64,000 bases of DNA from an uncultured Candidatus Peribacteria bacterium. GTDB lineage: Bacteria; Patescibacteriota; Gracilibacteria; UBA4473. Below, piece by piece: positions 51,787-61,371 of the stretch. Position 1 is the stretch's first letter. Every line of letters begins with the position of its first letter. Below the pieces are notes generated by a model that was not told the origin of the DNA, did not search any database, and saw only the letters and a program-made list of their open reading frames with translations. The stretch is from NCBI GenBank assembly GCA_964344775.1, contig CAYFOO010000001.1, positions 13,087 to 77,086 of the forward strand, in the 5' to 3' direction. Both the position numbers and the translations under genes were made by a program.

Positions 51787-54114
51787 ATGTTTTGGGCTGA
51801 CCGCATCGCTGACGAAATTCTTGCCGCACATCCTGACCAGGAAGAATTTATCGTGCGTGACGAAAAAACACTCTCTGGACGAGTACATGTAGGATCCCTG
51901 CGAGGAGTTGTAATCCACGGCCTGATTGCTCAAGTACTGAATGAAAAAGGGAAAAAAGCTAAATTTATTTTTGAGTTTAACGACTTTGATCCCATGGACG
52001 GACTCCCAATCTACCTGGATGAAACAAAGTTCGCCCCAGAAATGGGAAAACCACTCAAAAATGTCCCCTCCCCTGATGCCAACCACAAAAACTACGCCGA
52101 ATACTTTGGAGATGAATTTTTGGGAGTAATTCAAGAGCTTGGCTTTGATCCAGAAATCCCTCGAGCATCTGGACTCTATGAAAGCGGACAAGTGAATAAT
52201 TGGATCCAACTAGCCCTGGAGAAAAAAGATGATATCCGAGAAATCTACCGAGAAGTATCTGGCTCTCAAAAAAGTCCACACTGGTCCCCCGTACAAGTAA
52301 TCTGTGAAAACTGTGGGCGTGTGGGAACTACGGATGTGAAAGATTTTGATGGGAAAGAGGTAACCTACACCTGCGAAAAACATAAAGTAAAATGGGCCGA
52401 AGGTTGTGGCCATGAAGGAAAAGTTTCTCCCTTCGATGGAAATGCCAAACTTCTCTGGAAAGTAGAATGGCCGGCTAAATGGGCAGCTTACAAAGTAGAT
52501 GTAGAAGGGTCTGGAAAAGACCACAATGCTTCCGGAGGAAGTCATGAGATCGGAGAACACATCTGTGAAAAAGTTTTTAACACTACTGTGCCCTTCAACA
52601 TCCCCTATGAATTCTTTTTAATTGGTGGAAAAAAAATGTCCTCTTCAAAAGGATCCGGAGCTACGGCTCGAGAGGTAGCGGATACCCTCCCGCCAGAATT
52701 GTTGAGATTTTTGATGATCCGGACAGAACCGAGAAAACCGATTGAATTTAATCCAGAAGGAGAAACCATTCCCCGACTTTTTGATGAGCACGATCGAGCC
52801 GCAAATGAATATTTTTTGGGTGAAAAAAGTACTTTTCCGGATCTGGGAAGATGTTTCTTTCTTTCTCAAATAGATCTGAATAAAAAGCCGGTAGAAAAAT
52901 ATCTGCCGAGATTTTCAAAGCTCGTTTTTGCGATCCAAATCCCTCGTCTGGATATCCAGAAAGAAGTTGCCGAATGGAAAGGATCACCACTTACAAAAGA
53001 TGACCTCGAAGAATTAGAACTAAGAATAAAATATGCCAAACGTTGGATCGAAGACTTCGCTCCAGAAAACTACCTCTTCAAAATCTCTGACGAAATACCT
53101 GAGAGAGCCGACGAATTAACCGATGCACAAAAAGACGTACTCAAAAAAATGGCCGAACAATTGGCTCGAGTCGAATGGGAAGGCGAAAATATCCATGGTG
53201 CACTACACGGAATAAAAGAAGAATCTGGACTCTCACCACGGGAGTTTTTTGCTACCATTTATTTACCAATTTTGGGACGAGATTCTGGTCCACAAGCTGG
53301 ATGGTTGATCTCTGCTCTAGAAAAAGAGTGGGTACTCAAAAGATTTGAAGAAGTGAGTAAAAAGAGTAAAAAATCAATACTTTCGTCCCTTGAAGAGTTA
53401 GCAGGAAAAACAAAAGATGAAAAAATATTCCATATTGCCCCCGCATTTTTTGAGAAATTCCCAGAAGCTAAATTGGCAATTATTACGGTCAAAAAAACAG
53501 ACAATTCTACAAAAAATCCCGATATAGAAAAATTCCTCCGTGAAACTGAAAAAGCCTTTTCTTTAGAGGGAGAAATTCCTACCCATCCACGAATAGAATG
53601 CTGGAGAGAGGCTTATAGATCTTTTGGGATGAAACCAAGTGAGTTTCGCTCTTCTATCGAAGGTCTAGTAAGAAGAGTAAAAGCAAACAAACCACTCCCA
53701 CTGATTAATCCTCTAGTTGATATTTATAATGCTATTTCAATTAAGCATCTCCTCCCAGCAGGAGGGGAAGATTTGGATAAAATTGAAGGAGCTCTACAAC
53801 TTAATTTTGCTGAGGGGACGGAAGAATTTTTTAGTATTGGAAGTGAAAAAAATGAGCCTCCTAAAAAAGGAGAACTGGTCTATCAAGATGATAAAAATAT
53901 AGTTTGCCGTTCGTGGAATTGGAGGGAAGCAGATAGGACAAAATTAACACCAAAAACAACAGAAGCAGTCTTAATTTTGGAAGCTTTGCCACCAACAAAA
54001 ACATCCGAGCTAGAATCTGCGGCAAAAGAGCTAGAAGAAAAAATAAATAAATTTTTAGGTGGAGAAATCAAAATAGAAATACTTTCTAATCAAAAAAATC
54101 ATTGCTACCTTTAA
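51787..54114 (+). CDS. lysK: class I lysyl-tRNA synthetase fused to a C-terminal B3/4-like domain
   Basis: The HIGH-like GRVHVGSLRG and the KMSKS-like KMSSSKG lie in the first ~520 aa. The last ~230 aa contain SSIEGLVRRV...LPLINPLVDIYNAISIKHLLPAGGEDLDKIEG, which resembles the PheRS-beta B3/4 family. Confidence 0.8.
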   Translation: MFWADRIADEILAAHPDQEEFIVRDEKTLSGRVHVGSLRGVVIHGLIAQVLNEKGKKAKFIFEFNDFDPMDGLPIYLDETKFAPEMGKPLKNVPSPDANHKNYAEYFGDEFLGVIQELGFDPEIPRASGLYESGQVNNWIQLALEKKDDIREIYREVSGSQKSPHWSPVQVICENCGRVGTTDVKDFDGKEVTYTCEKHKVKWAEGCGHEGKVSPFDGNAKLLWKVEWPAKWAAYKVDVEGSGKDHNASGGSHEIGEHICEKVFNTTVPFNIPYEFFLIGGKKMSSSKGSGATAREVADTLPPELLRFLMIRTEPRKPIEFNPEGETIPRLFDEHDRAANEYFLGEKSTFPDLGRCFFLSQIDLNKKPVEKYLPRFSKLVFAIQIPRLDIQKEVAEWKGSPLTKDDLEELELRIKYAKRWIEDFAPENYLFKISDEIPERADELTDAQKDVLKKMAEQLARVEWEGENIHGALHGIKEESGLSPREFFATIYLPILGRDSGPQAGWLISALEKEWVLKRFEEVSKKSKKSILSSLEELAGKTKDEKIFHIAPAFFEKFPEAKLAIITVKKTDNSTKNPDIEKFLRETEKAFSLEGEIPTHPRIECWREAYRSFGMKPSEFRSSIEGLVRRVKANKPLPLINPLVDIYNAISIKHLLPAGGEDLDKIEGALQLNFAEGTEEFFSIGSEKNEPPKKGELVYQDDKNIVCRSWNWREADRTKLTPKTTEAVLILEALPPTKTSELESAAKELEEKINKFLGGEIKIEILSNQKNHCYL

Positions 54115-54175
54115 AGAGAACAAAAAGAACCTCAAACTGTTTGTTCAAGGCTCTCTTTTGATGTGCAAAAATAAA

Positions 54176-54373
54176 TTACGCACCAGCTTCTTCCATCATT
54201 TCCCCTTCTAATTCCATTTCTACTTCGATCGCTTCTGCGTCTTCAGCAGGTGCAGCAGCTTCTTCTGCAGCAGGAACTTCAACAGCTGGAGCTTCAGGAG
54301 CAGGTTCTGTTGGTTTTTGTGGCATACATCCGACCAGGGCAAATGCAAGCACGAGAGCCATAATCTTTTTCAT
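54176..54373 (-). CDS. small acidic lipoprotein
   Basis: 65 aa. Signal peptide with lipobox LVGC, then a P/A/E-rich tail. Confidence 0.55.
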   Translation of the reverse strand: MKKIMALVLAFALVGCMPQKPTEPAPEAPAVEVPAAEEAAAPAEDAEAIEVEMELEGEMMEEAGA

Positions 54374-54638
54374 GATTTAGAGGGTTAGATAATACATTTT
54401 TTCTTATTTTCTCAAGATGGTTAGTTCTTTATCTCACCCCCTGAAAAATTAAGAAATACAAAGATTAGCCAAATTTTACTGATACAACTGGCTTCCGTCA
54501 AATTTTAAAAAATTGGCGAATCATACCAATTTCAACTAGGAAGTATTATATTTCCGTCTACGTAATTTTTAAAAACTAATTATACAAACTTCCCACTACG
54601 CTCTTCTTTCCTTTGTTTACCAGCTTCGCCCGACCTTC

Positions 54639-54656
54639 GTCCCGAGGACTCGGGAC
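54639..54656. repeat. GC hairpin GTCCCGAG-GA-CTCGGGAC
   Basis: Sibling of 13276..13295, with shared flank CCCGRCCTTC in the opposite orientation. Confidence 0.8.
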
Positions 54657-54712
54657 TTCGGTGGGGGGACCAGGACAGGTCGTCGGACAGATGGCGAGAT
54701 CGATTTTTTGAA

Positions 54713-55948
54713 TTATTCTTTGCACGAAACCAGGTTTGCTTGCCGAGCACAGACGATGTCTTTGTAGAGAAGCGTTTCTTCGAGTTGGGCATTGATCTCT
54801 AGGATAGTTTGAAAGGTGTATTCCAATTTTTTCGCAAAGCCGTCGGTTCTGATCCCAGAGATGTGTTTCGCTCGATCGATGAGGTAGTTTCGATCGTTTC
54901 TCCATTTTTGGTGCCGTGTTTCAAAGTGTCGTTCATGAGGCCGAGCTTGAGTCCATTCTTCGATAGTTCTGGTTTCTCCTGCGGTTTCCTTGACCTTGAT
55001 CCCGGCCATCAGCCATTTGATGGGATCGGACAAAAATTTTGTAGCTTTAAATTTTTCCCAAAATCGTTCTCGTTGGAGATAAAATTTTGGCAAAGGGAGG
55101 AGATCTTCGATCAAATAGTAAAAAGGATAAAAATCATCCGTGTTAATGGTTTTGTGCGATCGGGCGAAGGCTTTTTTGAATTCTTGCGATATTTTGAGCG
55201 GGAGAGGAAGAGGTTCGTCTGCGTGACCGTATTGGACGGAATAGTTTTCTGATCGAACATCTGCCGTGTCCTGTTTCTCCAGTAATTCCCGCGAATTTTT
55301 GAGGAGCGGAGGAATAATTTTATCTTTTCTTTGAATTTCTTCATCTTTGCAGATTCTTTGATTTTGTAGATTTAGCTCCAGGTAGAGTTTTTCGGCTAGT
55401 TCTTTGGCACTGGCCGAATTAAACACCACTGATTTTGAGGTCCGGAGTGGCTGGATAGCTGCTGGGAGAATGTTTATCAACATATCTTCATGAAAAGCAA
55501 AAACAGCCTCGGTTTTTTGCTCGAATTCATCAGAAAAGCAGGCTTCGTGGTCTTGCATGCTTGTTTTTCTTCGAAATTCATCAATCCGTGGAAGGACGTC
55601 CAGATATTTATTTAATGCTGCAGGAAATTCATCTGGAAACGCGGCAAAATATTTATCAATCGTTCGGAGTTTTTGAGAGAGGAGGTAGAATCTTTTGAAT
55701 CGAGGAGAGTATTCGATATCACTGATATCTTTTGTAAGTTCTGTGAAAATTGGAACGGGGACACTGGGACATCTGGCTATTTCTTTGGGCAGTTCCACTT
55801 CCTTCAGGTGTTGCAGCTGGAATTCTGCCTGTGGAGTCAGATCTTCCAGAGTTTTTGGTGGTATGCATTTGGGATTACCCACATTTTCCTCTTCTGCGAA
55901 GGTCAATGCTGGAGTAAAAAGAATGATAAAAATAATCAGTTTTTTCAT
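54713..55948 (-). CDS. secreted hypothetical protein (third gene of a three-gene operon)
   Basis: Signal peptide MKKLIIFIILFTPALTFA. 6 Cys. ATGA overlap with the upstream gene. Confidence 0.6.
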   Translation of the reverse strand: MKKLIIFIILFTPALTFAEEENVGNPKCIPPKTLEDLTPQAEFQLQHLKEVELPKEIARCPSVPVPIFTELTKDISDIEYSPRFKRFYLLSQKLRTIDKYFAAFPDEFPAALNKYLDVLPRIDEFRRKTSMQDHEACFSDEFEQKTEAVFAFHEDMLINILPAAIQPLRTSKSVVFNSASAKELAEKLYLELNLQNQRICKDEEIQRKDKIIPPLLKNSRELLEKQDTADVRSENYSVQYGHADEPLPLPLKISQEFKKAFARSHKTINTDDFYPFYYLIEDLLPLPKFYLQRERFWEKFKATKFLSDPIKWLMAGIKVKETAGETRTIEEWTQARPHERHFETRHQKWRNDRNYLIDRAKHISGIRTDGFAKKLEYTFQTILEINAQLEETLLYKDIVCARQANLVSCKE

Positions 55949-57237
55949 AATTTTTTTGGCTTGTGGGCTAGATCTTTAAAAATTTTCTTCAGCTTCACGA
56001 CCTGATCGTACCAGGCAAAGAAATCATCGTTCCAATAATCAATCACTCGGAGAATGCGGACAAAATACTGCTGTTCCGGTTCCATGGTGGCAGCTTTTTT
56101 GATCGCATCCAGGTGTTGTTCCCAATCTTCTGTTCGCATAATTGTACATTCTTCCATTAGTTCGTCACTGTATTTTTTTGTGAGGTTGTATTTTCCTTTT
56201 CTCGCTTCTTCCAGTCGATTGAGGCAGGAAGTTTCCAGGCGAATTCGATCTTCTAGTCCAGCGAACCTTTTTCCGATTAATTCCCGGTTATTTATTTCTA
56301 CTTCTAGATCAGCTTTTTGGATGGGAGCTTTCAGAATTTTCTGACTGTAGAGATCTCCAATATCCGGGAGGTAGTACCAGCCGGACTGCTGAAAAAGGCG
56401 GGTGTTGTTACATTCTGCCACTTGCGAGAGATCAGCGAGTTTATATTCAAGAACATTTTTCATATTGGCAAAATTTCCTGCAATGAATCCATCCTCTTCA
56501 GAATAATCATTTGGATTGGTGGTGAGCTGACTTTCTGTATTACAGTTGCCTTTGTAGCAGGGGAATTTTTCTTTGAATCCATCCATCCAGGTGGGCCAAT
56601 CTCCGGTTTCTATATCTTCCTCTTCATCCCTTTCTTCATCTTTATTTTCGGTATCCTCTTCTCCCTCATCCTCACCTATTCGAGAACGATATTTCTTCGA
56701 TTTTTCATACACAAATTCTGGTTTCGGTTGATCTTTTTTGTAGGCTTTTTCTCCGAAAATGAGTTCATCAATTTCATCTAGATCGTCGATCAGATCGTAG
56801 GGATATTGATCATCAGCTTTTCCCATTTTTCTGTCCGAGTGGATACTCATGTGATTCAATCGTTCTTTGAGATAATCTTCAAACCACAGCAGCTCCCGTT
56901 CAAATTTCATCACATCTTTTGCCCGAGCAGCCCATTCTTGTTGAGATTGTATGCTCCAATGAATTTGTTCAATTTCTTCTAATTTTTTTTCACCTTCATG
57001 ACTTTGTTCCCATCGTTCTAGTGTTTGGAGTTTTGGGCAGGAGATATTCTTAAAAGTATCTTCTTCTAGGGTGTCAGGGTTATCCCAATTGGCTTTTCGA
57101 TTTTGCACTCGCTTACAGACACTTTCTTCGTGTTCCTGAGTCATGGAATTTGTTTTTTCATAGATTCTTTTGTAGAGATCTTGAAAATCCTTGAGAGCGT
57201 TTGTTTCTACGGGAAAAATAAAAATTCCAATTATCAT
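55945..57237 (-). CDS. secreted hypothetical protein (second gene of operon)
   Basis: Start moved to MIIGIFIFPVETNA. The ORF-track N-terminus is translated from the (GAATTTT)4 array. It contains an acidic stretch and 7 Cys. Confidence 0.55.
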   Translation of the reverse strand: MIIGIFIFPVETNALKDFQDLYKRIYEKTNSMTQEHEESVCKRVQNRKANWDNPDTLEEDTFKNISCPKLQTLERWEQSHEGEKKLEEIEQIHWSIQSQQEWAARAKDVMKFERELLWFEDYLKERLNHMSIHSDRKMGKADDQYPYDLIDDLDEIDELIFGEKAYKKDQPKPEFVYEKSKKYRSRIGEDEGEEDTENKDEERDEEEDIETGDWPTWMDGFKEKFPCYKGNCNTESQLTTNPNDYSEEDGFIAGNFANMKNVLEYKLADLSQVAECNNTRLFQQSGWYYLPDIGDLYSQKILKAPIQKADLEVEINNRELIGKRFAGLEDRIRLETSCLNRLEEARKGKYNLTKKYSDELMEECTIMRTEDWEQHLDAIKKAATMEPEQQYFVRILRVIDYWNDDFFAWYDQVVKLKKIFKDLAHKPKKL

Positions 57238-57265
57238 AATTTCTCGGAAAACTTTCCAAATTTTT

Positions 57266-57293
57266 GAATTTTGAATTTTGAATTTTGAATTTT
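57266..57293. repeat. (GAATTTT)x4 exact
   Basis: Lies between the first and second genes of the secreted-protein operon. Confidence 0.9.
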
Positions 57294-58132
57294 TAATCAT
57301 TGGTGGTGATGAGTTCTTCATAATCCTCTCCGGCATGTTGGTCGCAGAGTTCTGAGGCGGCGTAGTTAAATTTGTCCGGGAATTTGTAGATGGCTTTTCG
57401 GAGGATGGTGCTCATGGCATGTGTTTTTTTGAGAGCCTCCCAGATGGTGGTGAGCCACATGTGAAATCGGTAATTTTGTTCCCATTTTTGATAACGATAG
57501 AGAGTTTCGAAGAGGGCTTTTTTTGATTTTTCTAGTTCAGCTCTGTGCTTTCCTTTATTGCCTCGGTCTGCTTCAAAAAAGCCCACGTTAGTTTTTTCTT
57601 CGAATTGTTTTTCTGCATGGGATTCATCCAGGATCTTCCATTCGATGTATTCTTGGTAGGCACAAAACTCGTTCATCACGGTTTCTGTGACATGACAGGC
57701 AGAATAAAATTTATCAATCGTGGGATTATAGTCTTCTGTGGGGCACATGCTCTCGTATCCGTTGTTGATCTGAGATTTTATCGTCTCCTGCATGTTTTCA
57801 GAGGGTGTGCATTCATCGTTTCTTTCGATGTCTTCGAAGTTGGCCGTGCTGGGAATTTCTTTCCAGATACGGGTAAAGTCCGCATTCATATGATTGATCG
57901 ATTGGGCCATGGCGTCATTGAAGAGGCAGTTGATCTTTTTTTGATATTTTTCCTGTGCTTGAACAAGTGGCTCATCTAGTGAATAACTCAAAGAAGAGTG
58001 GCACAGCTGCTTCTGCGTCATTTCTGCGAAGTTGTCTCGGAGCCCACTGTCTAAAGAAAAAGCTGCAGGAACTTGAAAGATGAATGTTCCGAGCAAAAAT
58101 ATGGAAATGACCCTTTTTTTGTTTTTGTTCAC
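57293..58132 (-). CDS. secreted hypothetical protein (first gene of operon)
   Basis: Signal peptide ...FIFQVPAAFS. 7 Cys. No recognisable domain. Confidence 0.6.
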   Translation of the reverse strand: MNKNKKRVISIFLLGTFIFQVPAAFSLDSGLRDNFAEMTQKQLCHSSLSYSLDEPLVQAQEKYQKKINCLFNDAMAQSINHMNADFTRIWKEIPSTANFEDIERNDECTPSENMQETIKSQINNGYESMCPTEDYNPTIDKFYSACHVTETVMNEFCAYQEYIEWKILDESHAEKQFEEKTNVGFFEADRGNKGKHRAELEKSKKALFETLYRYQKWEQNYRFHMWLTTIWEALKKTHAMSTILRKAIYKFPDKFNYAASELCDQHAGEDYEELITTND

Positions 58133-58205
58133 GAGGATATTTTAGAGGATCAATTTGGGTTTTTCAATGAACAATTAAATAATCGAAAACAAAAAATTAA
58201 AAATC

Positions 58206-58233
58206 GTAGGGACGTGTCGCGACACGTCCCTAC
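58206..58233. repeat. 28-nt perfect palindrome GTAGGGACGTGTCGCGACACGTCCCTAC
   Basis: Intergenic sibling of the tilS palindrome. It differs by GT/AC versus AA/TT, changed on both arms. Confidence 0.9.
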
Positions 58234-58256
58234 TGGGGGATTGTTTTTTAATTTTT

Positions 58257-58284
58257 TTGACAACTTGTGAGAAATCCTTACATT
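58257..58284 (+). promoter_or_regulatory. candidate promoter TTGACA-16-TACATT for rpmA
   Basis: Hexamers were counted directly, 30 nt before the ATG at 58314. Confidence 0.45.
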
Positions 58285-58313
58285 GCATTGGCATTTTTAA
58301 CCTAAACTAAAAA

Positions 58314-58592
58314 ATGGCTCACAAAAAAGCAGGTGGTTCCAGTAAAAACGGTCGAGACTCCAACGCCAAAAGACGTGGAGTGAAGAGATTTGGTGGACAC
58401 AAGGTTGAAGCCGGAGAAATCCTCGTACGTCAAAAAGGAACCAAGCTTCGTCCTGGAGAAAATGTAGGAATGGGGAAAGATTTTACGCTTTTTGCAGAAA
58501 TTGCTGGGAAAGTAACCTTTTCAGAAAAAGCAATTCGCCGGTTTGATGGACGGAGATACCCGAAACGGTTTGTGAGTGTGATGCCAGCATAG
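58314..58592 (+). CDS. rpmA: 50S ribosomal protein L27
   Basis: [24 protein letters not shown]... No L21 gene upstream. Confidence 0.95.
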   Translation: MAHKKAGGSSKNGRDSNAKRRGVKRFGGHKVEAGEILVRQKGTKLRPGENVGMGKDFTLFAEIAGKVTFSEKAIRRFDGRRYPKRFVSVMPA

Positions 58593-58616
58593 GTAGAACT
58601 TAGTTTTTAGAGCTTA

Positions 58617-58661
58617 GCCATCGCCATTCGGCGAGGCTACTACGCTGGAGAGCGTACGTAG
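58617..58661. repeat. GC two-hairpin module GCCATCGCCATTCGGCGAGGCTACTACGCTGGAGAGCGTACGTAG
   Basis: Sibling of the 2927..2974 insertion. It is embedded between two GTAGAACTTAG words (58593..58603 and 58658..58668). Confidence 0.7.
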
Positions 58662-58790
58662 AACTTAGAGAAATTCGAAGTTCTTTTTTTTACAGATTTG
58701 AATAAATAAAATAAATATTTACAATCTTAAAAACTTAATTTTAATATTTAAAACTAAGTTCTAACAACTAATCTCTAAGTTCTAGTAACT

Positions 58791-59387
58791 ATGGTAGAAA
58801 CTTCAGAAAATCTTGATGGTTTGCTCATGGGAGATGTCTCAGAGGAAGTGACTGAGACTGATGAGCAGTTTGCTGCCCGGCTGGCGGCTACTCAGCAAAA
58901 AATCGCACAAGCCAAAAAAGACGAGAAGAAATCAAAAGATTTTGACCAAAAACTTTCCAAAATCATTGCCCAGTTGGCTCACGAACATTTGGATTTTGTT
59001 ATTTTTCTCATCGACAATGAAGTTCCTTCGCTCACGGTACTAGCCTTGATTTCTATCGTAAACGAGGAGGCTGGAAAGATTTGCTTTGTTGAATTTGATA
59101 AATTTATTGAAGAAAAAGCCGATTTTTCCCTGGCAAAATTTAATGACCCAAAGATTGAGGAAAAAATTTCTTATTGGTGGACTTTTATTTTTGCAGCAGA
59201 GCATTGTTCGAAAACTACAAAGCTGAAATCTTTCCGGGGTAAAGAAGATTTTGTAAAAACACTTTCCAAAAACATGGCAGATTTATTGGTGTTTTTCCTT
59301 CAAAAAAACCAAGTAAGAGAATTCGAGAAAGAAAAGCTCGAGCAAGTGCTAGAGAAGTACGAAAAGATGATTTTTACAGAAGATTAA
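58791..59387 (+). CDS. hypothetical protein
   Basis: 198-aa ORF with an acidic N-terminus. No domain recognised. Confidence 0.5.
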   Translation: MVETSENLDGLLMGDVSEEVTETDEQFAARLAATQQKIAQAKKDEKKSKDFDQKLSKIIAQLAHEHLDFVIFLIDNEVPSLTVLALISIVNEEAGKICFVEFDKFIEEKADFSLAKFNDPKIEEKISYWWTFIFAAEHCSKTTKLKSFRGKEDFVKTLSKNMADLLVFFLQKNQVREFEKEKLEQVLEKYEKMIFTED

Positions 59388-60709
59388 TTTTCTGCAGGAA
59401 TAACGGTAAGTTCAACCGCTTCTATTTTTTCGTTTTCTGCTTTTTTTACCAGAAAAATAAACCGAGTGCCATCGTGAGCTTTTATTTCGATCTTTTCCCC
59501 GGTGGTTGGAAAATACTCTAATTTCTCGAGAATCAGATATCCCAAACTTTTATTTTCTGCTTCCAGGTCCCAGGGAAACCTTTCTGGAGCTTCATTATCT
59601 AATTCTTCCTTTAGAAATTCTTCAATTTGTTCCAATTCCACATCGGCTGCACAAAAGAATTTCCTTTTTCCGATTCTGCGAATAGGTGCTTCTGATTCAT
59701 CTTGTTCATCCTGGATTTCTCCAAAGATTTCTTCCAATACGTCTTCCATCGTGATTAGTCCGACGGTTCCACCGTGTTCATCCAAAACCAGAGCCAGGTG
59801 GGATTTCTGTGTTTGGAATTCGTGGAGTAGCGTGTCGATCTTCATTGTCACGGGAATCTTCATTGGTTTCAGTAGACGCAGGTTTGCCACTTTTTTTGAT
59901 TTCACTTCTTTTTCAGCCAATCCATCGGCAATCGCATGAATGGTTAAAATTCCAATTACTTGATCCAGCTCTTCATGATAAATAGGGATCCGTGAAAATT
60001 TATTTTCCGAATTTTTTTTGAGTGCCTCCAGTACCGGGGTATCATCCTCTAGAGCAAAAATTTTTGATCGAGGGGTCATAATACTATCGACTGAGTGTTC
60101 ATTGAATTCCAGTACTTTTTCCACCATTTCTTTTTCTGCAGTTTCAATCTCGCCCTCTCGTTCAGAAAGCTCGATTGCGGCTTTTAGTTCGTCTTCTGAT
60201 AACCCATGTTTTAGTTCTGTGTGTCCAGAAAATTTTGCCACCAGTTTCGAGAGTGGAGAGACAATTGGAAAAAGGAGAAATTGCAAAAAAGAAAGAACTG
60301 GGGTGACAAGCAGAGAAAATCTCACGGCGTGTTTGTGTGCTAGAGCTTTTGGTGTGATTTCTCCGAAAAGGAGTAGCAAAAAGGTCATCACTCCCGTCAC
60401 CACTCCGATAATGAGGGCTGTTTCTTCTCCATATCCTCGATGGTAGGCAATATTAGTACCCATGAGGGTAGCGAGAGCTGAGGCGGCTACGTTTACCACA
60501 TTATTTCCGATCAAGATGGTCACCAGCAGTTTTGACGGATCAGATTTGAGTCTCTCTAGTCGTTCGATTTGGCGTAGTTTCTTCTTCGAATTCGTGTTTT
60601 GCTTGAGGGCATGGATTTTTTCTGATCCCAACGAAAAAAGTGCGATTTCCGCACCAGAAAAGAATCCGGAGAGAACCAATAAAAGTATCAGCAGGGGGAC
60701 TTCGTCCAT
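59384..60709 (-). CDS. CNNM/TlyC-family membrane protein (DUF21 + CBS pair + CorC_HlyC)
   Basis: N-terminal 4-TM DUF21 (FFSGAEIALFSL), a CBS pair, and a C-terminal transporter-associated domain. Confidence 0.85.
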   Translation of the reverse strand: MDEVPLLILLLVLSGFFSGAEIALFSLGSEKIHALKQNTNSKKKLRQIERLERLKSDPSKLLVTILIGNNVVNVAASALATLMGTNIAYHRGYGEETALIIGVVTGVMTFLLLLFGEITPKALAHKHAVRFSLLVTPVLSFLQFLLFPIVSPLSKLVAKFSGHTELKHGLSEDELKAAIELSEREGEIETAEKEMVEKVLEFNEHSVDSIMTPRSKIFALEDDTPVLEALKKNSENKFSRIPIYHEELDQVIGILTIHAIADGLAEKEVKSKKVANLRLLKPMKIPVTMKIDTLLHEFQTQKSHLALVLDEHGGTVGLITMEDVLEEIFGEIQDEQDESEAPIRRIGKRKFFCAADVELEQIEEFLKEELDNEAPERFPWDLEAENKSLGYLILEKLEYFPTTGEKIEIKAHDGTRFIFLVKKAENEKIEAVELTVIPAEN

Positions 60710-60931
60710 AGAAAAAAGTTTTTAGTTTTTCGTTATTTAGTTTTTAGTTATCAACAATTTGAAGTAAACCTAAATTTAGAGACTGCGGCTATTGTGTAGT
60801 AAATCAGCGGAAATTGCAAGGGGATTTTTTTGGACGATTATTAATGACGGAAGAATAGGGGGGCCATCCTACTGCAAACTTTACAAATGAATATGAGCTT
60901 TGGAGGATACGTTAAAAATTACGAGAATTAT

Positions 60932-60959
60932 TTGACAACTCCTTTCATAAACATAGAAT
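60932..60959 (+). promoter_or_regulatory. candidate promoter TTGACA-16-TAGAAT for rpsS-rplV-rpsC
   Basis: Hexamers were counted directly, 26 nt before the ATG at 60985. Confidence 0.45.
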
Positions 60960-60984
60960 CACGCGGCTTTAATCCCTAAATTCG

Positions 60985-61254
60985 ATGACAAGATCCTCAA
61001 AGAAAGGGCCATACGTAGATCCTCGCCTCATGAAAAAGGTGAATGCTATGGAGGCAGCTGGCCAAAAAAAGGTAATCAAAACCTGGTCACGGGCTTGTGT
61101 GATTGCTCCAGAGTTTGTGGGGCACACGTTTGGGGTGCATAATGGGAAGGAGCATATTCCGGTTTTTTGCTCAGAATCTATGGTGGGGCACAGACTGGGA
61201 GAGTTCTCTCCAACTCGTAGATTTAGGAGTCATGGAGGGAAATTAGCGAAGTAA
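60985..61254 (+). CDS. rpsS: 30S ribosomal protein S19
   Basis: SSKKGPYVD...HNGKEHIPV. Has its own TTGACA-16-TAGAAT promoter, and no L2 lies upstream. Confidence 0.95.
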   Translation: MTRSSKKGPYVDPRLMKKVNAMEAAGQKKVIKTWSRACVIAPEFVGHTFGVHNGKEHIPVFCSESMVGHRLGEFSPTRRFRSHGGKLAK

Positions 61255-61258
61255 AAAA

Positions 61259-61293
61259 GTGGGAAGTTGTAGGTTGTAAGTTGTAAGGCATAA
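61259..61293. repeat. heptamer array GTGGGAA GTTGTAG GTTGTAA GTTGTAA GGCATAA
   Basis: Left arm of the S19|L22 spacer. Confidence 0.8.
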
Positions 61294-61310
61294 TTCAATT
61301 TTTAAAATCC

Positions 61311-61345
61311 CTACAACCTATTACCTACCACTTACAACCTGAAAA
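61311..61345. repeat. heptamer array CTACAAC CTATTAC CTACCAC TTACAAC CTGAAAA
   Basis: Right arm of the S19|L22 spacer, the reverse-complement family of the left arm. Confidence 0.8.
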
Positions 61346-61371
61346 ATTTATAACTCAATTTAAAATTATTA

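Noticed and set aside
54374-54712. 340-nt ORF-free region and other long spacers (58593-58790, 60710-60984) as possible tRNA, SRP RNA, RNase P or tmRNA genes
   Set aside because: I found no T-loop-like GGTTCRANYC box and no SRP GGAAGCAGCC-type or RNase P GAAAGTCCGG-type motif. The content is heptamer arrays plus GC hairpin modules. A covariance-model scan would be needed to exclude ncRNAs fully.
58593-58668. 11-nt direct repeat GTAGAACTTAG flanking the GC module, read as a target-site duplication
   Set aside because: The word belongs to the TTAG-type heptamer array itself, so the duplication may simply be array periodicity. The sibling insertion at 2927-2974 shows no comparable duplication.
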